NCBI RefSeq assembly: GCF_021028975.2
Contig: NC_059437.1
Coordinates: 57,536,001 to 57,600,000, forward strand
From: Sphaerodactylus townsendi
Taxonomy: Eukaryota
Length of the DNA: 64,000 nt
Reading direction: 5' to 3'
How positions within the stretch are numbered: position 1 is the stretch's first letter; every line of letters begins with the position of its first letter. The notes below the pieces were generated by a model. The model was given only the letters and a program-made list of their open reading frames with translations, searched no databases and was not told the DNA's origin. This document shows, piece after piece, positions 1-11,231 of this stretch. The translations under genes were made by a program, and so were the position numbers.

Positions 1-638
1 GGCTCAGCACTTCCAGGTGAAAGCGTTCAGGTGCCCAGTGCTGGGGAAGGCCCTGGACCCCGGCTGCCCATCAGAGGGGGAAGCAAGACCACTCAAGTGG
101 GGGCCTTCGAGTCGGAGCATCCTGGGGAAAGGCTCCTGCAGCTAGAGGCCCAATCCAGCCCCGGACCAGAGTGGCTGGCTTGAGGGGACCCGGCCAAGGC
201 CTGGGGGGTTGCTGGTGGGGCTTCGTACGCAGCCTTTCTCCCAAGTCGGGACTCGGAACAACTGAGCGGATCGTTCCCCTTCCCTCCATTTTATTTTCCC
301 AAGCGGGGATTCCCAGACCCCCCCCCCTTCGTGTGCCCCAGCAGCTCTCCCCACTGGGGGCCAACAGCCAGGCCCAGGCTCAGAGCTGAACTGGTTGAAC
401 CAAAAATCCTTCAGTTCCAAGCACCTTTGAGGACACAAAACGAAGCACAACAAACCCCAGTTGACCAGCTGAGGCTCCTGACATCTCCTGACACCCCCAC
501 ACACCCCGCTCTTCTGGGATCTGCCAAAACTGTAGAACAGCAAGTGGAATCCCGAGTGCGAATGGTGACACAGTGCCCACACACGGCACCCGAAGCCAAG
601 ACCAGGGAGCCCCTGCACGCTCCCAATCCCCCCCTTAC

Positions 639-759
639 CCAGCCGTCCACTCCACAGGGAAGTCCCGCAATGTGGCTGCTTCACTTTCCAAGAGATAAAC
701 CGGGGTGATCTGGACACCCTGAGGTAAGCAGGAAGCGTCGAGGGGCAGCCGAGGGCTTT
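639..759 (-). CDS. HPS4: HPS4 exon ([27 protein letters not shown])
   Basis: Similar to HPS4 LPPNVQIIPVF...EFPVE; donor GG|gtaag at 638; acceptor either after 760 or after cttacctcag (~719). Confidence 0.8.
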
Positions 760-3700
760 CTGGAGAACGGAAGAACAGCGTTTTTTGCACAAAGCCTCCG
801 GGCACCTGTAGCCACACATGACACAACGTCTTTGCTGCTGCCCTCACCCCTGCAGCTATTTGCATCTTCAAACGGGCAACTTACTGGTTGAAGTGAGCTG
901 AAAAGTACATCCCTCCCCCACCCCCGTACTTCCCATCTGGAGGGGATCTGCCCAGAACCGTGGGGCCTTTTGGTCCCATGGGGGGGATGCGCTGCAGTAA
1001 AACACCCCCAGTGGCCAGTTGCTGCTGTGGTGGAAACAGGCAGAAATGTTTTCCTGTGCTTGGAGCAGCGCTCATCCCCAAGCGGAGCTCGCAGCCATCA
1101 GGCGCTTCAGAGTCTGCCCTGTGCCAGCAAGCTCAGCAGAGCCAGCCAGGGAGCTACAGGGGCTGCTCCACTCACCAGGGAACCCCGTGCGGCCGTCTGC
1201 CAAGCACAGAGCCCCGGGCAGCGTCGGAAAAGCCAGAGAGGCCGCAACGGCGCTGCTCAGACTTCCTGAATCTCTGAGGTGCAAAACTGCACAGCTGACC
1301 CCACCAACCGGGAGAGGGGGCTGCCAACCCCCAGCTGGCCACACCAGACCCAGCAGCGGGTCCCTCTGGACACGGCCCCCTCTCCATCACCCACACCAGA
1401 AGGCACAGCTCATGAACGGCTGGAGGAAAGTGCCTGGCAAGGTGATGCCCCCCCCCCGCACTCATCCACACCAAGCCCTTCTCCCACTCACTCTGATCCT
1501 GCGCCTGACCTCCGCCTGCGGGCAGCTCCTGAAACAGAAAGCGGTCCCCCCGTCAGCTGGCCGAGGCAGGTGAAATCCCACAGGGTGGCCCTGGACTCTT
1601 TTCAGGACCCAGCCCGCTCTAAACCAACAGAAGCCCCCACTACCCGTTTCATGAGCATCTTATTACTTCTATTCATTTGAAGTTGGAGGCAGCCATTTCC
1701 CCCATTTGTACTCATTGATGCCAGCAGCTGCTGGAAGAGGGGAGGCCCAGAACCCCCTCCCGTGGGGGGGGGGGGGGTTCCCACTCAGTGACTAAAGCAG
1801 CCGCTCCCAAGTGTGCCCCTGTGTGGAGCTGCAGCCTACCTGGGGGTCTGTCTCTGCCTCTTGCAGCAGAACTTTGGCAGTGAGGCTGGGGGGCAGCTGG
1901 GTGCTGACAACCCTGCGGAGAGAAGATCGGTGAATCAACGCCCTTCCTGGGGTGATGTCTTTCGTGCTCCTCCTCCATGGAGCCAGACAGCGCGATGAGC
2001 GGCTGAGGGGGTGCAGGGGCACCCTAAGGGCCCATGCCGAAGACCCCCTCCCCAAGTCCTCTCTGCCGCTCACCGTCCTGCAGGCCAAAATGGGGAGCAG
2101 ACCCACCCCCATCCCAGGGCTGAGTTCTGGCCAGAACACAAACACGTGAGGCCGCCTCCCACTGAACTGTCCACTCGGACAGGCGGCTGCTCTCCTGGGG
2201 ATGCTGCCGGGGACTGGACCAGGGGCCCTCTGCCTGCCTGCCGAGGGGAGGCTGCTCTGCCACTCAGCCATGGCTGCCCTCGACTGTGCTGATGCGCAAG
2301 TGCTAGGACCTCAGTTCTGTGTCCAGGAGAGAAAGGCCCCCTCAGTGGTCCAGATCCCCTGCAAGGTGGCCAGATGTGCCAGTCACAGAGGAGGGGTGGA
2401 CGTGGCTGTGGTGAAACCAGGCTGGCACATCCCTTTCCTCTGGGGGCCCCTTGGGTGGGTGGGTGGTCTCCACTGAAGGCCACAGCACCCGTCTTGCGCG
2501 CAGAAGAATGCACCCGCTCAGCCCCACTTCCCAAGGGCAGGTTGTCCCGGGGGGGGGGGGGGGGCTCCTGCCAAGACCAGGAAGAGCCACTGCCACTCAG
2601 TGTGGGCTCGGCTCGGCTGCAGAGAGGCAGGCCAGGTTCCAAGAGTGGGGCATGAGAACCCCCCCCCCACGGGCCCCCCGAGCCCCGTACTCACCGCCCC
2701 TTGTAGGTGATGCATCCGGCCAGCACGTAGAGAGCCCGCTGGCACGTCTGCAAGATGAGGGCCGCTTTCAGCAGCAGCAGCGGATCCACCTGCGCATTGG
2801 GAGGGAGGGGGGGGCAGGGAGCGTTACGCCTCGGGGGGCAGCGTGGAGGAGGGGGGCCGGGGAGGGGGGCCAGGATCACGCCAGGCCTGACCTTGGTTCT
2901 GTCCAGGGCCCAGAGGGAGCTGAAGATGCGGTGCAGGCCGCTGGAGTCCTGCTGCAGATGCCTCAAGTACCTCTCCCACTCCCGGCCCAGCTCTTCCCAC
3001 GGCCGCTCCTGCGAAGAACAGAGGCCACGCCCGCCTGTTCAGGGAACCCCAAGCACAGAACGTGGCGGCCACTCCCCTCCCCCCCCCTCCGGGAAAACAC
3101 TCTGGGCCTGAATTGTGCTGTTACGTACAGAATGTTGGGTTTCCGGTCAGCAGGTTGCTACCCTGAACCATCTTGAGGCCAGCGTGACCCAGGAAGGGAA
3201 AAGGGGGGAACCTGGGGCGACATCGCTCTCCTGGCTGTGCAAACTGCAGCTGATCTTGCTACCTGGCCCTTCGTCACTGGCTGCTGTCCAGAAGCAGAGG
3301 AGTTCCGTGGAACTCAGAGTTCGGCCTGGGAAGCTGATCTTCAGGCCAGAAGAGCGAGGCTTGAGATTCCCCGAAATTCATCACGAAGGTACGAGTGTCT
3401 CTGAGCACACGCAGAATGTCCAAGCACCACCCTTCATCAGCAACTTCCAGGAATTACAAGGTGCCCTTTCCAGGGACCACTGAGCCTCCCCACCTCTTTT
3501 TTTGCTAGGGAATTAAGCAGCAGGCAAAGTCATGGCCCAGAAGCAGGTGACAGAGAAGCCCACTCACCGTCACACCAAAGCAGACCAAGAGCTCTGGGCA
3601 CGCACGGCCAAACATGCCTAATCTCCCACCAAAGGCATCGAGAGAGACTTACTTGAGTTAAGAAGACAAATAACCAATCAGACAAAAGGAAATAGAAAAG

Positions 3701-6014
3701 CAGGGATTCAGTTTAAAGAAGGGTCCCCAAACTTTTTAAACAGGGGGCCAGTTCACGCATGGCCAGAGCCCAGCCAGGGGCCGGACCAAGTGCCGCCCCC
3801 AGCGAGCTCATCCATCCGTATGACCGCCCCTGGCGACCCCCCCCCTTGCGTCCCCTTCCAATCGGCCCTGAAGCTCCGCCGCCTTTCTCTCTCCCCCTTT
3901 GCGCATTGAGTACGGTCACATCGGCGCTTGGAATGAGCAGCGAGTCGCCCGCGATTGAGGTTGTTTGTAAACCTGGGTGTCGGGGTGCCAAGCTCCAGGG
4001 GCCGCCTGGAGTTTGGGCACCTCACGACCCTGGGTTTCGGCTTAACCTCAACATGGCGACCTGCTCATTAGCGACTGGAAAAGCCCTACCACGCGGGTAC
4101 AGAGGAGGAGAAAGGCTACCTTTCTCTCTCCCCCCCCTTGCTGCATTGGTACGGTCCCCTCCGGCCGCTTGGAATGAGCAGCGAGTCGCCCGCGCTTAAT
4201 GCTGTTTGTAAACCTGGGGAAAAGGAGATAGAGAAGAGGGAGATCTGCTTCTGCCCAGCGGGCCGGATAAATGTCTTCCGGGGGCCTGATTTGGCCCCCG
4301 GGCCGTAGTTTGGGGACCCCTGGTTTAAAGCAACCCAGGAAGCCAACGAGCATCTCCTCCATGCCGGGAAAACGAGGCAGTTGCCAACCACAGGAAAGGC
4401 CCAGAAGGCCTGCTGGCCGGGCTGCCAGATCACACAGGGAACCAGGCAAGAGAAGCAGTCCTGCAGGAACGGCGGGAGGCCAAAGCAGCCAGCTCCAAAC
4501 AGCCAGCCAAGCTGCAGGTGGGGTCAGGGACAGGGCGGGGAGGAAGGCAGCTCTCAGGGCCGGCTCACAGGCAGGAGTCCTGCCCCCACTCACCTCATAA
4601 GCTTGAGGAAGGGGTCCGTTGTGAAAGCAGAAGAGGCCGATCAGGAGATCCAAGAAGCGTTGGCAGCTGGAGTCGGGCAGGTCAGTCGGGCAGCCCAGCA
4701 CCTGTGAGCACAAAGGTGCGTGAGGACCACACTCTCTCCAGCAGCTGAGCCCCTTCCCCAGCTCCTGCTGCCGGCCACAGGCACGGCCCTCCTCAAGCCC
4801 CTTCCCCTGGCAAACACTCACCCAAAGGTAGCTGCCGTCCACTTGCACAGCAAACTTGAGTTTCCTCAGCCGAATGATCTGCGGCGGAGAACCCGAGACC
4901 TCCGTTGTCCAGCGGACCACGCCAGCCACCTGGCTGCACAGCAGCTCCTGCCGGCTCAGAGGCGTCTGCCAGGGAAGGAGGCAAGAGGCCCAGTGCGGAT
5001 GACGCTGCGGATGGAGCCTGCTGGGACTCCAGGATGGGCCACCAGGATTGAGGCTTGAAGCCTCCCTGGATCTCTGCCAGTTATGCAAGCCCCAAAATCA
5101 TGGAGGGAGGTGTGTGAGCACAGAACCCCTCCCCAAGGGGCTGGAATAGGACCAGCAAGGTGGCTTTCATAGCTTCAGGCAAGAGCACAGTAAGGCAGGG
5201 AAGACTAGCAGTGCCCCACCCCCACCCTGAGCGACCCACAGCCCGGCCCTCCTGCAGATCGAAGTGCTGGCCTTGCTGGTGGGTGCCACTGCCAGAACCA
5301 CATCTTATCCAGTCCCTGCCCCGGCAGCTCTTGGCCTAACAGGCCAGAGGCAAAGGATACCCTTAGGTGGGGGCTCCAGGCAGGTCCACCTCTGCACATT
5401 TGCTCACTGGCCTAAAAACACCAAGCGGCTGACTGATGACCCTACAACCCCACCCCCCACTCTTCTAAACCCCCCCCCCCCTTGTCGTGGCTGCTGCTGG
5501 GCCCAAGCCACCTGGTCTTACCTGAGAGGGGCTGAAATGGCAAATCCCAGCTTGCGTGGGGTCCCCTTCCTCCTTCACCTTGGAGCCGTCATAAAGGAAA
5601 AAGCAGTCCCACCTGCAAGGCAGCGGCACCAAGGGACAGCTGCTCAGTCCGGAAGCGTTTCTGCAACGGCCTTCCTGTGGCAGGGACCAGGCACCTGCCC
5701 AGGCCCAATTCTGGCAGCCAAGAGCCGGAGGCCACCAAGGAGACCCCTGGGGCGGGGCGGGGCGGGGCGGGGGCCAGAAGATGAACGTAGATGCGTGGCA
5801 GGAAGGAAAGGGCTCCTTATTTTATCTCCATGTCGCTCTTCCTTTATACACTGCGCCCCCACCCCCAGGGGGTGTCCGTCCTCCCCCCCCCACACACACA
5901 CACCCCGCCGATGTCCCCGGGGTCAAGGCGCGGCCCTGGTCGGCCCCTGCGGAGGGACACACACGGGGCTTACCCAGCGGCAGCTGCCGGGTCCGGCGGG
6001 GCGGAGGTGGCCAT
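639..6014 (-). CDS. HPS4: HPS4 (BLOC-3 subunit), 5' part of gene; continues toward/beyond window start
   Basis: Minus-strand exons 5974-6014, 5522-5612, 4822-4965, 4594-4701, 2892-3008, 2695-2789, 1840-1912, (930-991 uncertain), 639-759 with GT-AG ends. Translation [40 protein letters not shown]...[21 protein letters not shown]...[17 protein letters not shown]...[15 protein letters not shown] matches the HPS4 N-terminal longin region. Synteny with SRRD. Confidence 0.93.
930..991 (-). CDS. HPS4: possible small HPS4 exon (RIPPMGPKG...)
   Basis: Good acceptor ttttactgcag| and an RIP start resembling the mammalian RLP exon. At 62 nt it gives a phase conflict with the next exon; a homopolymer or an alternative donor could explain this. 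Confidence 0.4.
1840..1912 (-). CDS. HPS4: HPS4 coding exon 7 ([16 protein letters not shown]...PQ)
   Basis: 73 nt, cag| ... |gtaggc. Confidence 0.9.
2695..2789 (-). CDS. HPS4: HPS4 coding exon 6 ([10 protein letters not shown]...YKG)
   Basis: 95 nt, cag| ... |gtgagt. Confidence 0.92.
2892..3008 (-). CDS. HPS4: HPS4 coding exon 5 (ERPWEELG...LWALDRTK)
   Basis: 117 nt, cag| ... |gtcagg. Confidence 0.9.
3719..4322. mobile_element. non-autonomous hAT (Charlie-like) element
   Basis: TIRs aagggtccccaaact / agtttggggacccctg; exact 8-bp TSD GTTTAAAG (3711-3718, 4323-4330); internal ~95-bp duplication. Confidence 0.85.
4594..4701 (-). CDS. HPS4: HPS4 coding exon 4 ([10 protein letters not shown]...AYE)
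   Basis: 108 nt, cag| ... |gtgagt. Confidence 0.93.
4822..4965 (-). CDS. HPS4: HPS4 coding exon 3 ([12 protein letters not shown]...YLW)
   Basis: 144 nt, cag| ... |gtgagt. Confidence 0.93.
5522..5612 (-). CDS. HPS4: HPS4 coding exon 2 ([18 protein letters not shown]...SQ)
   Basis: 91 nt, cag| ... |gtaag. Confidence 0.93.
5974..6014 (-). CDS. HPS4: HPS4 first coding exon ([14 protein letters not shown])
   Basis: ATG at 6014, 41 nt, donor GG|gtaag, phase fits next exon. Confidence 0.85.
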
Positions 6015-6750
6015 CTGGCCCGCCTGCCCTTCAGCGCTGCATGGCGGCCCCGGCCAAGGCGCCCCCGGCCCAGCCTCTGCCCGCTGCCTGCGGGGGTCGT
6101 GGCTCCTCCTCCGCCGCTCTGGTCTGCTCTGCAGGGTGGGCGGCGGGGCTTCCTGGGTGAAGGGCAGGGTCGCCCGGCCTACTGCTGGCCTGCCTCGCGG
6201 GGCTGCGGGGGAGGGGTTCTGCACGTGCCCACGTCTGGGCGGGGCCGGGGCGCTCTGCCCACGCTCAGAGGCTCCCCGCCCACCCGCGAAGCAGTCGGTG
6301 AGGCCGGCGCTTCCGGGTTCCCGCCCTGAGAAGCACGCGACGGCATCAACACGTGACACGGCCGCTCCCTCCCCAAAGAGTCGCCGCCGCTCGGCAAGAG
6401 GCTCACCACTTCCGGCTCTCAGGCGAGGGCGTCTGTGGCGAGGCTGGGGGAGCGGGGGAGGGACCGCAGCGGGGTCACAAAGCCGCCATTCCCACCCTCT
6501 GTCGCCCCCCGCTGTAATTGCAAGAGATCTCCAGCCACCGCCTGGAGATTGGCAAACTCCCTCTGGGGACTTTGAGTCCTCCTTTTCCTCCCAGAAGGGT
6601 CGAGCGGGCGCCGGAAGTGGGTGCTGCTGCTGCTCCCGCCGCGCTGGCGCAACTCTAGGCGCGGGGCTGTCGTGCCTCCGCCTACTGTACGGGTGCCGCA
6701 GCGGGCCAATCGCGGGCGTCCCTCCCGCCCGGGGCTGCTTTGCGCCCGGC

Positions 6751-6893
6751 ATGGAGCTTTGCGGAGGGGACGCCGCCTGGAGCAGGTCTCGGGGGCGAAG
6801 GAAGCGGCGGGAGAGGAGGAGGAGGAGGGACCGGGACGGGGCTCCGGACGAGCAGGAAGAGGAGCGGCAGAGGCAGCGCCTGCAAGAGGCGCG
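6751..6893 (+). CDS. SRRD: SRRD exon 1
   Basis: [10 protein letters not shown]...LQEAR, donor |gtgagg. Confidence 0.85.
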
Positions 6894-9112
6894 GTGAGGG
6901 GCCCGGTGGAACTTCCTTGGCCAAGAGCAGCCTACCCGCAAAGAGTTAAAGGAGGGCGGAGGGAAAGGAAGGTGGAGCAGCCGGGTCCCAAGCAAGCAGA
7001 GGCTGGGCACAGCCCTTGTGGTCCAGGTTCACCAACCACCACTGCCTCTGCGTAGCATCCCTGGGCTTCCATCCATCCGAGTGCCAACCAGGGCTGACTG
7101 AGCCCGCTAAGCTTCCAAGGTCTGGTGAGACGGGGCGGGGCGGGGCTGGCCCAGCCCCCCCCCCCTCTGAGCTGTCAAATGTTTAAGCGGGTTGTTACTT
7201 GTACTCCATGCAGCAACCCAGCAAAGTGGACCAGTAATATTGTTTTGGCCTTGTCAGTGGGAGGCTGAGAAAAGTAGCTTGACCTCTGGTGACTTCATGA
7301 CAAAGGCAGAACTGGAACTCAGGGCCTCCCTTTCTTTCTCACAGGGCAGAATTGTTGGACTCCACTTTCTGGGATTCTAGTCTGAGTAAGTTCTGACACC
7401 AAAGTTTTTTCCTCTTCGAGAAGCTCTGCCGATCTCTGCATAGCTAAGGGAGAGGGAAGGCAGCTGCTGATCCGGCTCGCAGCCCTTCTGGCCACCCCCT
7501 CATCCCTTCTCTTTGTCCCCCAGAAAATGTCCAGCCAGGCTGCTGCCAAAGAAATCATAGCTACATCCTGACCAACAGCCCAGCAGTGGGAGGTGGCCGC
7601 CCTTCTGCCTTCCCTGGCAAATGGGGGCATAGGGAGGCCAGGGCACAGGGAAGAAGGGCTCACAAAATGTCCCCAGCCTGGCGATGCCCTTAGACTCCTG
7701 CGGCGGTTGTTCCCCTGCTCCAGGAATCCTCTTGAGATCCGTGCAAGGAGTCCTGTCGTGCAGGAAAGAGATGCCCACTGGAGAAGATGCCCTCTTGGCC
7801 TTGGAGGAGCTGCAGCTGTGCCCGCCAGCCTGCCTGCCTGGCAGAGGGAGCTTGCAGTGTGTGTGTTATGGCCTGGGCAACTTCTCGTCCTGCTTCAAAG
7901 CCCGCTTCCAGCTGGCCTTCCTGCTGCTGCTGCTGAAACAGCTCCAGGTGAGCAAGCGCCTTTGCCCCCAGCTCCTCCTGGGCTCAGCCACCCACCCCAG
8001 AGCCCAGCCCACAGCCTCCCTGCTCTTTTCCTGGCAGATTCCCCAGGAGCAATGCTGCATCTTTGATCCCGTGTTCTCCGTGCTGGAGAGGGATGTTCTC
8101 CGCAGCCTCGGCCTTTCTGTTCTCTCGCGCAATGAGGTGAGTGGCATCTCTGCCTGAGAAACGCGCCCACCATGGCCATTGGCTTGCAAAGCAGAGGCGC
8201 TGGGGAGGGGGCTGGTTGTAGTTCCTGGTCTGGTGACCTCTCTTGCAGGAGGGGAAGCGAGCGGTCCACGAGCCCACCGTTTACTACATGATCCATTGTG
8301 GGAAGGCGCTCTACAACAACCTTCTCTGGAGCAACTGGTCAGCAGAGGCCTTGTCCAAAATGGTCATCATTGGCAACAGTTTCAAGGGGATTGAAGAAAG
8401 GTAGCCCTTTAGTCCCAGCTGGCTTTTGGGCCTTGCGTTGTCTCTCCCGAGTGTCCAAAGAACTTGGGGGGGAGGGGTTTTTTTTATGTTTCTCCACAGT
8501 CTTTTGGAATTCTCGAGAGGTTTTGAAGTCTTAATTTTTTTTGCATGGGGGGTAGGGGGAGGAGAAGGGAGGGGCTTGAGTGAATGGAATGGAGGGAGCC
8601 TCTGTGACCAGCCCCCAACCTGGTCCTAATGACCTCTGCCCCTTTGGCTTCTAGGGTGCCCAGCAGGATACTCGAAACGGATTATGCTTACATTGCAATG
8701 GTAAGCTGTGGGGTGGTGGGGGGAGGGAAGGAGCCTTGGAGTCTCCGGCTTCCAGTTCTGGGGAGTCTGGACTAGCAACCACCCCGCCTCCCCCCACAAC
8801 CCCCCATAAGTTCAGCCATAATCAGCCGTACCAGCCGTAAGTTCAGTGCACCCCCCCCCCCCCCCGTGTGATTCTCATACGGTCTCTCTGTCTCCCTGTG
8901 CCAACCGTGGCTAGATTTTAACGGCTACCGAAGAAGCCGCCCTCCCTCTTCACGCCCAGTATCTGGATGTCTTCAATGACACCGCTGTCCACCGCTTTCC
9001 TTGGCCCAAGCTGCAGCAGGTGCCCAGAGAGATCTGGAACTTCCGGGAGGAGCCAGTTCACCAGGCCGAGGAGGAGCAGTCAGAAATCATCTGGAACAGT
9101 GATGGCACTTAG
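6751..9112 (+). CDS. SRRD: SRR1-like domain protein, 300 aa
   Basis: join(6751-6893,7345-7385,7724-7947,8038-8136,8249-8400,8655-8700,8915-9112) = 903 nt, all GT-AG and in phase. SRR1 motifs [45 protein letters not shown]. Confidence 0.95.
7010..7140 (-). mobile_element. decayed 5S-rRNA-derived SINE fragment
   Basis: Reverse complement resembles the 5S internal region (gaagcttagc...gccctggttggcactcggatgga). Confidence 0.5.
7345..7385 (+). CDS. SRRD: SRRD exon 2
   Basis: [13 protein letters not shown], ctcacag| ... |gtaagt. Confidence 0.88.
7724..7947 (+). CDS. SRRD: SRRD exon 3
   Basis: ...[22 protein letters not shown]..., |gtgagc. Confidence 0.9.
8038..8136 (+). CDS. SRRD: SRRD exon 4
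   Basis: [14 protein letters not shown]...RNE, |gtgagt. Confidence 0.93.
8249..8400 (+). CDS. SRRD: SRRD exon 5
   Basis: [30 protein letters not shown]...EER. Confidence 0.93.
8655..8700 (+). CDS. SRRD: SRRD exon 6
   Basis: [15 protein letters not shown], |gtaagc. Confidence 0.9.
8915..9112 (+). CDS. SRRD: SRRD last coding exon
   Basis: ILTATEE...[12 protein letters not shown]...SDGT*. Confidence 0.9.
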   Translation: MLTATEEAALPLHAQYLDVFNDTAVHRFPWPKLQQVPREIWNFREEPVHQAEEEQSEIIWNSDGT

Positions 9113-10875
9113 CTGCAGACAGATTGGCCAGCAGGCGGAACTGACTGCAGGCTGCAGACTCTTCCTGGCTTTCTCCCAGACGGGGGTGGAGTTCCCCATT
9201 TAGCAGCAGCTGGAGCAGAGGCCTGACCGAGTCATCTGTCGCTTTGGCAGCACGAAGGCTGAAGCTGTTGCGTGAGGGGCTCTGCGCAGGACAAAACTGG
9301 GAGAGGCTTTGGCTTCGGTGGGATTTTCTTGAGTCCTTCAAGGGACCCAGCACAGTTGGTACCCCATTTCCTCCCTCAGGCTCTTGTGCCACCTGCACTA
9401 CTCCGCTTTGCTTGAACGGCTGCTGCATCAGCCAAAGAAAGAGGCGGCTGTTCTAACTTCCCACAAACTGTGTGTGTGTATTTAAAAAAATGGTTTCAAA
9501 TTGTGACCTTTTAAAACCGTTTAACATAGTTTTAAACTATGACCCGCTGTGTCATTTTGTTCTTTCCATAATGGGAACAGGAGTTTGTATTTTGGGCGTA
9601 CAGCTCAGGCGCCGCCATCCCATTCCTTGCCAGAAATGGAGGGGAGTGGCCGCAATGGGTGGTGGATGCCTCCCTAGGACAGAGTGGCAGCTGGGAGGGC
9701 CCTCCACTCTATCCAGAGACCCAGAACGGAATTGCCTTCGAGCAAGGTCAGGGGACACAGGAGTGGCTGGCTAATGTGGAAACAGTGTGGGAGAAATGGT
9801 TACATCTGGGCCCAGGTGAAAATGGCAGTCACGTCTAAATATAGCTCAAAGGTGGGGCACACTGGTTTATTGGTGAAAACATTTATATCCAGCCTGTCTT
9901 TGTGGTGTGCAATGGCTGGGGGCCAAATTTCATCTGTGAGAAAATTGCAGCCACTCATTCTGATGTTCTTTGTTAAGACTGCAAGTAGCAAAAACATATT
10001 CACACTCCACTGACATGATTGTGGTGAAATACATGACTACAGATATGGGCTGGCGGTTAAGATAAGATATGAAGAGGGTCACCTTCTTTCCTAACTAGTT
10101 AAGTGGAACAGTTTAGATATCACTAGAAGATGATTTTGAAAACCTATAATTCTGGGAATCTGAATTGACATGGAGGGTCTGCATTGCAAAAACTCCCAGC
10201 CGTGTGGAACCTGTTCAGTTTTGACAAGAAATAATTAACAGCCTCAAGGAAATCAATGGGTGATAATATAATTTTTTAAGGCAACCCATGTTGAAAGTTT
10301 TTAAAAATAGTTTTGATAAAATTGAGGTGAGATTCTCTAGCAATATTTCCACTTGTTTACTATCCCAAAACCTTTACTAACTGAACACCTCAGACCAGTT
10401 ACAGTGTGCCCCTGTATCCCTGTCAGGCCTAACCTGTCATCTGGAACTCCAGGTGAACGCCACAGGAGGGTCTGCTTCCTGCCTGTGGACCCCAAGACTG
10501 GGCGGTTCCCATGAACACAGAAAACCTCGCAGCCCCAACTGTCTGCACCCTCCCCATCCTGCCAGGGGTCCATCAAATGCATTCCCACTTCTTTCAGGAG
10601 GGGGTGTGAGGATCTGATGGGGGGGGAGGGGGGAGCCAAGGCTGCATCTTCCATCAGGAGATCTCACTTCTTATCCAGGCCTGCAAATAAGCGGCTCAGA
10701 CACTTCCTTGCACAAAAATACATTTTATTTACACACCAGAACCTCTCCTGGAACAAAGGGGCTGGCTCGGTTCGTATGAAGTCCTTTGGCGCTACCCACA
10801 GTTGGGGCCACTGTGGTACAACATGTTTTCAGCAAACCAGGATGGCAAACAGCCTCCTTGAGGAGCCCCTCCCTC

Positions 10876-11231
10876 TCACTTGGCCATGTCAATGAGGCTC
10901 TGCAGGGAAGTGGGGACCCAGGTCTTCTCCCCCTGCACGAAGACCACCCCTCGGTCAATGTAGATGACAATGCGCCCAAAGGTATACAGCTGCTTTCCTT
11001 CGTGCCGCTTCCCGATGACTGGCATGAAGACGATGTTGTGCTCCTCGGCCTTGGTCTGGATCAGGTCCTTGAAGTTCATGGGCACGGAGCCGGCAGCCAT
11101 GCCGATGCCCCGCTGGGCCATGTTTTCAGCTTCCCGACGCTCCTGCATGGCCTCGTACTGGAAGTCCTTCCGGCGCTCCGTGTGCGTCAGGTAAGCGATG
11201 TTCTCTCGTGCGCCAGGCTGCATGTAGCCCC
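10876..11231 (-). CDS. TFIP11: TFIP11 last coding exon
   Basis: [14 protein letters not shown]...DMAK*; AATAAA on minus strand at 10724-10729. Confidence 0.95.

Larger units (their letters stand above)
5750..6900. promoter_or_regulatory. CpG island, bidirectional HPS4/SRRD promoter
   Basis: Very CpG-dense. Divergent ATGs at 6014(-) and 6751(+). ETS/GABP-type CCGGAAGTG at 6611 and its reverse at 6407. CCAAT at ~6707. Probable non-coding HPS4 exon donor (gtgagc) at 6406. Confidence 0.85.

Noticed and set aside
1-430. Possible start of the large variable HPS4 exon (acceptor near 425)
   Set aside because: The expected frame stops at 142 and I recognised no HPS4 motif; a G homopolymer may hide a frameshift, so it is left uncalled
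5791-6897. 368-aa (+) and 346-aa (-) ORFs over the HPS4/SRRD promoter
   Set aside because: GC-rich artefacts; only the ends correspond to real exons
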